The notes under the pieces were generated by a model, which saw only the letters and a list, made by a program, of their open reading frames with translations, had not been told where the DNA came from and searched no databases. 64,000 bases of DNA from an uncultured Bacteroides sp. (GTDB taxonomy: Bacteria; Bacteroidota; Bacteroidia; Bacteroidales; GCA-2748055), in assembly GCA_964453785.1 (NCBI GenBank), contig CAYVRK010000014.1, positions 8,868-72,867 of the forward strand. The letters run 5' to 3'. The position numbers and the translations under genes are program-made. Below are positions 1 through 8,139 of the stretch, piece by piece. Every line of letters begins with the position of its first letter. Positions within the stretch are counted from its first letter, which is position 1.

Positions 1-1112
1 CCATAATCGTCAGAGGCATTCAGCAATTCCATAAAAAAATCGAAGGTCTCCGAATTAAACAGGTCCTCGCTGGCCACAAGCTCACTGTCGGTCAATTCTT
101 TCAATTCTGCAGGCGTCATGTTGTCATCGGGACCGACCATGAAAGATATAATCTCTTCATGTTTGGTCAGGTTCCCCAGCTTTCCACAACCATAAAGCAC
201 TTCATTCAGCACAAGAGCTCCCAGCTGCATTCTTCTGATTTCCTCATTGCTCCAGTCTGGTTCCCAGGGATTCTCAGGTGGAGCTGTCATCAGAAAATCG
301 ATCCGGCCCAACCACATCATCGCCCTGAAATAATTCTCCAGTGTAATGACGCCATCGTGCGTATAAATCTCCTTGTTGTAGTGGCCCCTTGGAGTAAATT
401 GACTGAAATCAAGGTGACGTATCTTGCTTTCCGTAAAAAGCTTCATATCCTTCTCATCTTCCGCTTCAACGGCCTCCATTACTTCATCGAATTTCAAGCG
501 ATTATCGAACTGAGGAGGAACCTCCTCTCCCATGGCCAGTGAAAGGGCCACAGACAAGTATAGATCAACATCTTTCAGGGTTTCTGTAAATCTTTCATCT
601 CCCGAATACTTGGTCACCACAGTGGGAAAATATCCATACATGGCATTCAGCATCTCCTGCAGGTTGGGTTCAAGAAATTGCCATTCTATGGTCTGTAAAA
701 TCGCATCGTAAGCATTATGAAGGGTCGAGAGTAAAAAATCGGAACTCAGGAAAAGGGGAATGTCCTGGCTGTAAAGGCCGATAAAGGCAGAGGACCAGTC
801 CATGGAAGAGAGTCTCTCTGACACCATGAAAAAATTTTCGCTCAACATCTCCTGCTCCTCCTGAGTGAAATCGAAGTGCCTGTCCAGTGTATCATACCAG
901 GGTACAGCAGAAAGATCGGCCGGATATAGCCGGGAAGAATAGTAGGTGGTCAGCGGTGGGTGATCACTGATGATTCCGGTAGCAGTATAATCCTTATGGG
1001 TTTCCCTGAACTGCATATAGGCGTCGGGGGAAAAGTTGCTCTGGGCTGTAGCCATGATGGAAGCCGCCAGCAGCAGACCAATTGTAAATACGGTTGGGGA
1101 TGTATTTTTCAT
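1..1112 (-). CDS. DUF3160-family secreted protein, C-terminus runs off the window edge
   Basis: Not in the ORF track; translated by hand from ATG at 1112: MKNTSPTVFTIGLLLAASIMATAQ (signal peptide) ... DIPLFLSSDFLLSTLH ... LDFSQFTPRGHY ... YFRAMMWLGRIDF. The frame is open to base 1. These motifs match my recollection of DUF3160. Confidence 0.8.
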   Translation of the reverse strand, partial: MKNTSPTVFTIGLLLAASIMATAQSNFSPDAYMQFRETHKDYTATGIISDHPPLTTYYSSRLYPADLSAVPWYDTLDRHFDFTQEEQEMLSENFFMVSERLSSMDWSSAFIGLYSQDIPLFLSSDFLLSTLHNAYDAILQTIEWQFLEPNLQEMLNAMYGYFPTVVTKYSGDERFTETLKDVDLYLSVALSLAMGEEVPPQFDNRLKFDEVMEAVEAEDEKDMKLFTESKIRHLDFSQFTPRGHYNKEIYTHDGVITLENYFRAMMWLGRIDFLMTAPPENPWEPDWSNEEIRRMQLGALVLNEVLYGCGKLGNLTKHEEIISFMVGPDDNMTPAELKELTDSELVASEDLFNSETFDFFMELLNASDDY

Positions 1113-1218
1113 GACACTGTATTTAAGTTACAAGATACTGAATAGATGTCATTTATCATATTAAGGATGCATTCTTAACAGAAAGGGTTGCGCCATCTGT
1201 ATATTCCGTAAAAAACTT

Positions 1219-1226
1219 TAATTTTG
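1219..1226 (+). promoter_or_regulatory. Bacteroidetes sigma-A -7 element (TAnnTTTG) for the SRPBCC gene
   Basis: TAATTTTG ends 16 nt before ATG 1243. Confidence 0.55.
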
Positions 1227-1242
1227 ATTGGAACACCAACTT

Positions 1243-1623
1243 ATGAAAGACCTGCGAAAATATTACCGAATCAAGGGAACTGCTGAGGAGATCTATGCAG
1301 CCCTTGTCAATCCATTCTCCATCGCTCTGTGGACCGGCAGTAAAGCCATCATGAATGAAGAGGTGGGTAGTGAATTTTCTCTGTTCGACGGAGATATTAC
1401 GGGGTTGAACCTCCTGTTCGAAAAAGAGAGCAAGATTGTACAGGAATGGTACTTCGGGGAGCAGGAAGAAAAATCTATTGTAACCATTACACTGAGACCT
1501 GACAGGCATTACACCAGAATTGAACTTCATCATACAAACATTCCGGATGAGGCCTTCGAAGACATGGATTATGGGTGGGATTCATCCTATTTTGGCAGTC
1601 TGAAGGAGTTTTTTGAAAAATAG
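1243..1623 (+). CDS. SRPBCC/AHSA1 (activator of Hsp90 ATPase 1-like) domain protein
   Basis: EEIYAAL..WTG..A....VG.EFSLFDG.ITG....IVQEW...S.VTI.L....T.IEL.H.NIP...GW pattern; ATG at 1243 preferred over the upstream TTG. Confidence 0.85.
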   Translation: MKDLRKYYRIKGTAEEIYAALVNPFSIALWTGSKAIMNEEVGSEFSLFDGDITGLNLLFEKESKIVQEWYFGEQEEKSIVTITLRPDRHYTRIELHHTNIPDEAFEDMDYGWDSSYFGSLKEFFEK

Positions 1624-1626
1624 TCT

Positions 1627-4600
1627 ATGTTGAAACCTGCAAAATTCTTTTGCATCTTATTGCTTTCATTGCTTTGTTCTGGTCTGGCCGGAAGAGGAAT
1701 TGATGAAATCAAGCGAAGCGGGAAAATCTATGTAGCCTTTACCAGTGATGACCTGAATAACATCAATTACGACCTGGCCCTTGAATTTGCCCGTTATCTG
1801 AATGTGGAGATGATCGAGGTGGAAATCAGCTGGGATGAGGCATTCATGAAAAACGGTGTTATTCCTGAAGGACTGGAAACCGATCCCACCATCAGCTATA
1901 CACCGGATGCCCTGAAAAAAGCTGATATTATATGCTCCACCTTCACCATGATGGAATGGAGAAAGAAATTGTTTGGATTTGCAGAAACCCTGCCTTCTGC
2001 CGAACTGCTGATGGTGAATAAAAACAGTGAAGTTCCGGGAGATTTTGAAGACCTTGCAGGAAAGGAGATCGCGTTTGTGGGGGTGACCACCTTTGAACAG
2101 CACCTCAACGAGATCAACAATTCAACGGCAGCCGGTATCAAACTGGTACCCACCAGTTCCAGTGTGGAGACCAAACAGATGATCGAGAATGGTAAAGTGT
2201 TCGGGATCGTGCTGGATGCCGATGAAGCGCTTAATTTCAATGCAGAGAGTGGACAAAAGTATAAGATTGCATTCCCCATCAGCGATATTACACGCATGGC
2301 ATGGGCAGTGGAAAAGAACAACCCCCTGATCCAGGAGGTGGAGAACTTCTTTGAAACCATTGCCAGCAACGGCGTGCTCGATGAACTTTTTTACCGCCGG
2401 TTTGGAATTACCTATTCTTCCTACCTGGACGGGCTCAATAAAAATTTAAGGCTTGAACGGTATCACAGGGACCTGGATGAGATTCTGGCTTCAAAAAAAC
2501 TTGTGGTTGCCCTGAGGGACCGCAACTTCATTTACCGGGACGGCGGACAGAAACAGTTCATGCATGCCCTGGCAGAAGAGTTTGCCAACCACCTGGGGGT
2601 CAGTCTTGAATTCGTGGTGACCCCCTATTTTGGAAAGTACTGGGAGGCAGACGATGGAAATATTTACAGGGATTCCTCTTACAACCCCGACTGGTTCAAT
2701 TACTTTGACCTTGCCTGTGAGATCATTGCTCCCCTCGACTGGCGAACCAACAAGGTAAATATGGTCCCGGTTTATCCGTCAGCCTATACAGTGGTGGCAA
2801 GGAAAAATACCTCCATCCATTCGCTTGAAGATCTCAAACACCTGAAGGGGGTAACAGACAAAGAAACCGTGTATGAGGATATTCTCAAGGAAAACGGGAT
2901 TGAAGATTATTACTATGAAAAGGTCAATAATTTCCTTTCGGATGTGGAATCCGGAAAAGCCGATTACACCATCATCTACAATGCCTTTTATGAACTGAAT
3001 GATCATCCCGGCCTGGAGGCCAAACTGGAACTGGGTCAGTTGGACGTAAGCTGGGCCCTGCGCAAGGACCAGCCACAACTTCAAAAAGCACTGCAGGAGT
3101 TCATAGCAGGATCAAGGGACAACGGGCTGATCGGGATTCTCTTAAAAGCCCTGCGGGGAAATACACTGCAGACACCCGAAGAGTTCATTCATAGCTATTA
3201 TGAAAGCTTCCAGACCGGACAGATGCCTTATGTGAATTACGGGGCCGATGACGGACTTCCCCAGGAAGACATTTTCTCTATTTTCCAGGACCGGAAAGGA
3301 TATCTCTGGTTCGGGACCAATTCCGGTGCGGTACGTTACAATGGCAGGGAGATGGTTGTATTTAACCATGAAAAGGGATTACCTGCCAATTCGGTTCGGG
3401 ACATCCGTCAGGACAGCAGCGGTACCATGTATTTTGCCACCCCAAATGGTATTGCAAAATTCAAAAATGATACCACAACCCGGGTCCTGCTGGAGGGCGT
3501 TTCATTTAACAGGATTTTCATCGATTCAAGGGACAATCGGTGGTTTATGGGTGATGACGGTATCTATGTGGAAACCACAGACGGGATTGTCAGGCACCTG
3601 AACGGAGCGTTTTCCATATTGCCCTCAACCATTTATCACATCACTGAAGATCCCGATACGGGAAACCTTCTGATGGCGACTATTCTGGGCATCTTTATGT
3701 ACGATCCGGCCGCTGACCAGGTCACACAGCTGAGCAATACGGACAGCTACTCCCTGTTTATTGATGCCAACGACAGCATCTGGATATCCACAAGGGACGG
3801 ACTTTTCATTACAAGCGTAAACGATCTGATTGAAAACAAGTTTGATGCCGTGAGCAGAAACATGAACAAGCGATTCCATTTCCCGGCAAACATCATTTCC
3901 GATATCTCCACCAACAAATTCGGCTCGGTATGGCTGGTCACCGATTCCAGAATTATGCAGGTGATTTCCACGGACCAGGAACCCATCATCTATGAACAGG
4001 AGATCGGTATAAAGAACAACAAGATCCTCTCCTTTCTCATTGACCGGGAAGACAACATCTGGATCGGTTTTTCGGGCGGACTTCAACGGCTGACCAACAG
4101 GAAGGGCTTAAGGAATTTCTACCCGGGAACCATTGACAGTTATATCTATTCGGTATTTGAAGACAACCGGGATCGAATCTGGATCACATCGGACAATGGG
4201 ATTTTTCATTTCAAAAATGAAATCCTGGTGAATTTTACTCCCCGTACCGGTTCGGAAAGCACCAAGTTCTGCGGGACGCTTCTTCCCGGGGGCAACATCC
4301 TTCTTGCCAGCAATGAAGGCCTGATTGAAGTGGACAGCCGGACACTGGAAATTGTCAGACACACCAGGTTCAACCAGATTGCATACAGCCCGGAGAATCT
4401 CTTTGTGACCAGCAAGGGAGAAATTTTTCTTCTCACCGGCATCCATGGCGTCATCTACTATTTTTCCGATTTTCACACCAAGCCACTCCAGATCAAGAAC
4501 AAGTACACTGCCAATATTTTCCAGCTTATTGAGGTTGAAGACAGGATTATCGGGGGTAACAGCACCGGGTTTGTTGTTTTCAACGGTTCCGGATTTGAGA

Positions 4601-6231
4601 TGATGCAGGAGACGGAATGCGGTGTGTGGACCCTCCGCAAAGAGGGCAATGACATATGGGTAGGGACCGATTGCGGAATAGGCCTTATCCGGGAAGGGCA
4701 ATTTGACAGGATGGAACTCTCCAAATTCGACAGGGACCTGGTCATTAAATCGATCCTCCCGGCCAGGAACAGAAACTACATCTGGCTGGGTACCAACAAA
4801 GGCTTCAGTTATTTCAACACAAGTACACAGACATTTGACTTCACCATCAATACCAAAGATGGCCTGAGCGGGGATGAGATCACTCCCGGAGGACTATTTA
4901 TAGACAAAAATGACCTGCTCTGGGTGGGGACCTACCACGGAATATCCAATTTCAACATCAGGGCCAAATCCAACCTGTCATATACGCCAGTCTGCTATAT
5001 TGAAAAGATGTTCCTGAATGGCAAACTCACAGGCGTGAAGAACGGACAGGTTTTCTCACATAACCAGAACAATTTTGTCTTTGAAATCAGTGCGTTGTCA
5101 TTTTCCGATGAAGCTTCTGTGGAATATGAGTACTACCTGAGAGGTACCGGGAACAAATACTCATCCTACCACCGGGGCAGTGAATTCAGGGCTTACTATA
5201 ACAATCTGCCCCCCGGAAAATATGAGTTCATTTATAAGGCAAAGGGAAAAAACAACATATGGGGATACGCCCAGAAGTATGATTTTGCCATCCGCAAAGC
5301 ATGGTACAATACCTGGCTGTTCAGGATCATTATTTTCCTGGTTCTGACCGGGATGGTATACATGTTTTATATGATACGAATGCGGACCATCAAGGCCCAG
5401 AAAAACAGGCTTGAAGAGCAGCTGAGGGAGCGGACCCATGAACTGGAAGTTGCCAACACCGAGATTGGCCAGCGGCAGAAATCTATCATGGACAGCATTC
5501 AATATGCCCGGTCCATCCAGAGCTCCCTGCTTCCAAGTTCAGATTTACTGAAAAAGCTGCTGCCGGAGCATTTCATTCTGTTTAAACCCAGGGACATCGT
5601 GAGTGGTGATTTCTACTGGGTACATGAAGGAGATGCACATGTCTATGTGGCGGCAGCCGATTGTACCGGACATGGGGTTCCAGGCGCATTGATGAGTATG
5701 CTTGGAATGGCCCTTTTGAATGAAATCGTCAGCAAACAGCCACAGGTTGATCCGGAGGTCCTTTTGAACACGTTGCGAGGCCGGATTATTGAAACCCTCA
5801 GCCAGAAGGGGGACCCGGGTTCTGCGAAGGACGGCATGAACATGGTGGTCTGTAAATACAGTCCTGACCGGAAAATATTGCAGTTCGCCGGAGCCAACAA
5901 TTCCCTGTATCTGGTACGCGGGGGAGAACTTACCGAATACAAAACCGATCCGATGCCCGTTTCCATTCATGTGGTCATGAATCCATTCAGGGGCCAGGAG
6001 ATCTCCATAAAGCCGGGTGATGCGGTATACATGTTTTCCGATGGGTATACCGATCAGTTCGGGGGACCCGGCGGTAAAAAATTCAAGTACAGGGAATTCA
6101 GGAAGTTGATCGTTTCCATTGCGGACAAGTCCATGAAGCAACAGGGAGCGGAACTGGATACATCCTTCGAACGCTGGAAGGGAGACCTTGATCAGATCGA
6201 CGATGTTGTTGTGATTGGATTAAAATTCTGA
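1627..6231 (+). CDS. Membrane sensor phosphatase: signal peptide, two family-3 solute-binding (PBP) modules, Reg_prop beta-propellers, Y_Y_Y domain, TM helix, coiled coil, SpoIIE/PP2C phosphatase
   Basis: IKRSGKIYVAF and DLDEILASKKLVVAL start PBP3-like units; DGLPQEDIFSIFQDRKGYLWFGT propeller repeats; YEYYLRG..YNNLPPGKYEF (Y_Y_Y); TM WLFRIIIFLVLTGMVYMFY; PP2C motifs PRDIVSGDFYW, ADCTGHGVPGA, FSDG, IDDV. Confidence 0.85.
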   Translation: MLKPAKFFCILLLSLLCSGLAGRGIDEIKRSGKIYVAFTSDDLNNINYDLALEFARYLNVEMIEVEISWDEAFMKNGVIPEGLETDPTISYTPDALKKADIICSTFTMMEWRKKLFGFAETLPSAELLMVNKNSEVPGDFEDLAGKEIAFVGVTTFEQHLNEINNSTAAGIKLVPTSSSVETKQMIENGKVFGIVLDADEALNFNAESGQKYKIAFPISDITRMAWAVEKNNPLIQEVENFFETIASNGVLDELFYRRFGITYSSYLDGLNKNLRLERYHRDLDEILASKKLVVALRDRNFIYRDGGQKQFMHALAEEFANHLGVSLEFVVTPYFGKYWEADDGNIYRDSSYNPDWFNYFDLACEIIAPLDWRTNKVNMVPVYPSAYTVVARKNTSIHSLEDLKHLKGVTDKETVYEDILKENGIEDYYYEKVNNFLSDVESGKADYTIIYNAFYELNDHPGLEAKLELGQLDVSWALRKDQPQLQKALQEFIAGSRDNGLIGILLKALRGNTLQTPEEFIHSYYESFQTGQMPYVNYGADDGLPQEDIFSIFQDRKGYLWFGTNSGAVRYNGREMVVFNHEKGLPANSVRDIRQDSSGTMYFATPNGIAKFKNDTTTRVLLEGVSFNRIFIDSRDNRWFMGDDGIYVETTDGIVRHLNGAFSILPSTIYHITEDPDTGNLLMATILGIFMYDPAADQVTQLSNTDSYSLFIDANDSIWISTRDGLFITSVNDLIENKFDAVSRNMNKRFHFPANIISDISTNKFGSVWLVTDSRIMQVISTDQEPIIYEQEIGIKNNKILSFLIDREDNIWIGFSGGLQRLTNRKGLRNFYPGTIDSYIYSVFEDNRDRIWITSDNGIFHFKNEILVNFTPRTGSESTKFCGTLLPGGNILLASNEGLIEVDSRTLEIVRHTRFNQIAYSPENLFVTSKGEIFLLTGIHGVIYYFSDFHTKPLQIKNKYTANIFQLIEVEDRIIGGNSTGFVVFNGSGFEMMQETECGVWTLRKEGNDIWVGTDCGIGLIREGQFDRMELSKFDRDLVIKSILPARNRNYIWLGTNKGFSYFNTSTQTFDFTINTKDGLSGDEITPGGLFIDKNDLLWVGTYHGISNFNIRAKSNLSYTPVCYIEKMFLNGKLTGVKNGQVFSHNQNNFVFEISALSFSDEASVEYEYYLRGTGNKYSSYHRGSEFRAYYNNLPPGKYEFIYKAKGKNNIWGYAQKYDFAIRKAWYNTWLFRIIIFLVLTGMVYMFYMIRMRTIKAQKNRLEEQLRERTHELEVANTEIGQRQKSIMDSIQYARSIQSSLLPSSDLLKKLLPEHFILFKPRDIVSGDFYWVHEGDAHVYVAAADCTGHGVPGALMSMLGMALLNEIVSKQPQVDPEVLLNTLRGRIIETLSQKGDPGSAKDGMNMVVCKYSPDRKILQFAGANNSLYLVRGGELTEYKTDPMPVSIHVVMNPFRGQEISIKPGDAVYMFSDGYTDQFGGPGGKKFKYREFRKLIVSIADKSMKQQGAELDTSFERWKGDLDQIDDVVVIGLKF

Positions 6232-6237
6232 CCAGCC

Positions 6238-6266
6238 TGTAACTTTCCGGGACCCGGTTCCGTCTT
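6238..6266 (+). promoter_or_regulatory. ECF sigma-type promoter TGTAAC-N17-CGTCTT upstream of the OM barrel gene
   Basis: Matches the motif upstream of the ECF sigma gene (21380-21407) and of the 19093 gene. Confidence 0.65.
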
Positions 6267-6291
6267 ACCACCAAATCAAAAAATAGATAGA

Positions 6292-7326
6292 ATGAAAAAG
6301 TTATTTATACCCATATTGGTATTTGCCCTGGTCAACCCGTTAATGAGCCAGGAACCTGAAATTCCCGTAGCAGTTGAAACTCCTGAAGCAATCGAAGCAC
6401 CCGAACCGATCGAAGCACCTGAAGCACCTGAAGCACCCGAAGCGATTGAAACTGAAGCTTCGATAGGTGATACTGTCAATGTGATTGGCCGGGTAGAGGT
6501 GATCGAAACCCCTGAGAAAACAAGGGTTACACTGGGGAAAAACGAAGTGATTATTGTGGAAGAAAACGGGGATACGGTGATTGTGGGGCTTGGTTCAAAA
6601 GGAATTAGTATTGTTGAAGACGGAGATGGTGTGGTGATTAATGTTCTGGACATGGAAAATAAGAAGTCCCCGCACTGTTCAAAATACAAGAATAGGTTTA
6701 ATCCGCACTGGGCCGGATTGCAGGTTGGCCTGAACAATTATGTAACTCCCGATTTCAGCCTTGTTTTACCTCCCGGAGAGGAGTTCATGGACCTCAATAC
6801 CGGGACATCCTGGTGCTGGAACATCAATGTTGCCGATTTCGGTGTTGGTTTTGGAACCAAATATGTGGGTCTGGCTTCAGGCCTGGGATTTGAATTCATT
6901 AACTATAACTTTGATGGTCAGAGTGGCATCATGAAAGACGATATTACAGGCAACATTGTTGAATATGTTCCAGATTATGCCGGATTCATTACCAAATCGA
7001 AGATGAATATTACATACATGACCGTTCCTCTCCTGCTGGAGTTTCAAATTCCCTTGGGAGGCAACCGGATCCATATTTCGGGAGGGGTTCTTGGCAGTCT
7101 TAAACTATGGTCCAACACCAAGATCAAGTACACCGAGGCCGGGGATAAATCCAAAGAGAAAAACAAAAGTGATTTCAACCTTTCTCCGATTCGGTGGGGT
7201 GTGACAGCACAGGTAGGATATGGTGGAGTGGGCGTTTTTGCCAATTACTACATGACCTCGCTGTTTAAAAAAGGAGAGGGGCCCGAGTTGTATCCTTTCT
7301 CCCTTGGACTTGCTTTTACCTTTTAA
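6292..7326 (+). CDS. Outer-membrane beta-barrel (porin-family) protein with an acidic Glu/Ala/Pro N-terminal linker
   Basis: Signal peptide MKKLFIPILVFALVNPLMS; amphipathic strands, YMTVPLLLEFQ motif, terminal Phe (GLAFTF). Confidence 0.75.
   Translation: MKKLFIPILVFALVNPLMSQEPEIPVAVETPEAIEAPEPIEAPEAPEAPEAIETEASIGDTVNVIGRVEVIETPEKTRVTLGKNEVIIVEENGDTVIVGLGSKGISIVEDGDGVVINVLDMENKKSPHCSKYKNRFNPHWAGLQVGLNNYVTPDFSLVLPPGEEFMDLNTGTSWCWNINVADFGVGFGTKYVGLASGLGFEFINYNFDGQSGIMKDDITGNIVEYVPDYAGFITKSKMNITYMTVPLLLEFQIPLGGNRIHISGGVLGSLKLWSNTKIKYTEAGDKSKEKNKSDFNLSPIRWGVTAQVGYGGVGVFANYYMTSLFKKGEGPELYPFSLGLAFTF
6376..6447 (+). repeat. Eight imperfect 9-bp in-frame tandem repeats (GAAGCACCY-like) encoding E-A-P/E-A-I triplets
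   Basis: GAAACTCCT GAAGCAATC GAAGCACCC GAACCGATC GAAGCACCT GAAGCACCT GAAGCACCC GAAGCGATT. Confidence 0.85.
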
Positions 7327-7347
7327 GAAATACCTCTATCTACCGTC

Positions 7348-7394
7348 AAACCGGCCGGTTTCAGTAAAATCCTGAACCGGCCGGTTTACTTTTT
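7348..7394 (+). terminator. Intrinsic terminator of the OM barrel gene; each arm is itself palindromic
   Basis: AAACCGGCCGGTTTCAG (7348-7364) pairs with CTGAACCGGCCGGTTT (7372-7387) with a 1-nt bulge, followed by ACTTTTT. Confidence 0.7.
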
Positions 7395-7396
7395 AT

Positions 7397-7404
7397 TAAC
7401 TTTG
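7397..7404 (+). promoter_or_regulatory. Sigma-A -7 element for pepE-asmA-kinase operon
   Basis: TAACTTTG ends 25 nt before the pepE ATG. Confidence 0.65.
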
Positions 7405-7429
7405 CTCACAAAACAATTTCAATCCATCC

Positions 7430-8137
7430 ATGAGACTGCTGTTGATCAGTAATTCAACCAATCCGGGAGAAGCTTACCTTGATTATCCAAAGGAACAGAT
7501 CCGGGATTTTCTGGGAGGCCGTGCCCTGAATTGTCTTTTCATTCCTTACGCCGGTGTAACCATCAGTTTTGATGACTACGAACAGCGGGTAAAGGAGCGT
7601 TTTAATGAAGTAGGACATTCCGTTAGATCGATCCATCATGCAGGCGATCCGGTGAAGGCAGTCATGGAAGCAGAAGCCATTGTGGTGGGCGGGGGCAATA
7701 CCTTCCAGCTCATCAAGATGATGCAGGAAAACGGTCTCATCAGACCCGTGAGGGAGAAAGTTCTAGCCGGAATACCCTATGTGGGCTGGAGTGCAGGAAG
7801 CAATGTATGCTGCCCGACCATACGTACGACCAATGACATGCCCATCCTGGAACCTGCCAGTTTCAATGCGCTCAACCTGATACCCTTCCAGATCAATCCA
7901 CACTACACGGATAAGAATCCTCCCGGGCATGCGGGTGAAACCAGGGAAGACAGGATCATGGAGTACCTGGCCGCCAATCCACGCGATACTGTACTCGGAT
8001 TGCGGGAGGGCTGTGTGTTCAGGGTGGAGGGAAACTCCATGAAACTAACCGGCGAACAAACTGTGAGGGTGTTCCGGTTCAATGAGGCCCCGGTAGAGCT
8101 TGATAACCGTCACGATTTCAGCGAATTCCTGGAATAA
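7430..8137 (+). CDS. pepE: Dipeptidase E (peptidase S51)
   Basis: LLLISNST, IPYAG, VGGGNTF, GWSAGSN nucleophile, PTIRTTNDMP, QINPHY, GETRE. Confidence 0.95.
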   Translation: MRLLLISNSTNPGEAYLDYPKEQIRDFLGGRALNCLFIPYAGVTISFDDYEQRVKERFNEVGHSVRSIHHAGDPVKAVMEAEAIVVGGGNTFQLIKMMQENGLIRPVREKVLAGIPYVGWSAGSNVCCPTIRTTNDMPILEPASFNALNLIPFQINPHYTDKNPPGHAGETREDRIMEYLAANPRDTVLGLREGCVFRVEGNSMKLTGEQTVRVFRFNEAPVELDNRHDFSEFLE

Positions 8138-8139
8138 TC

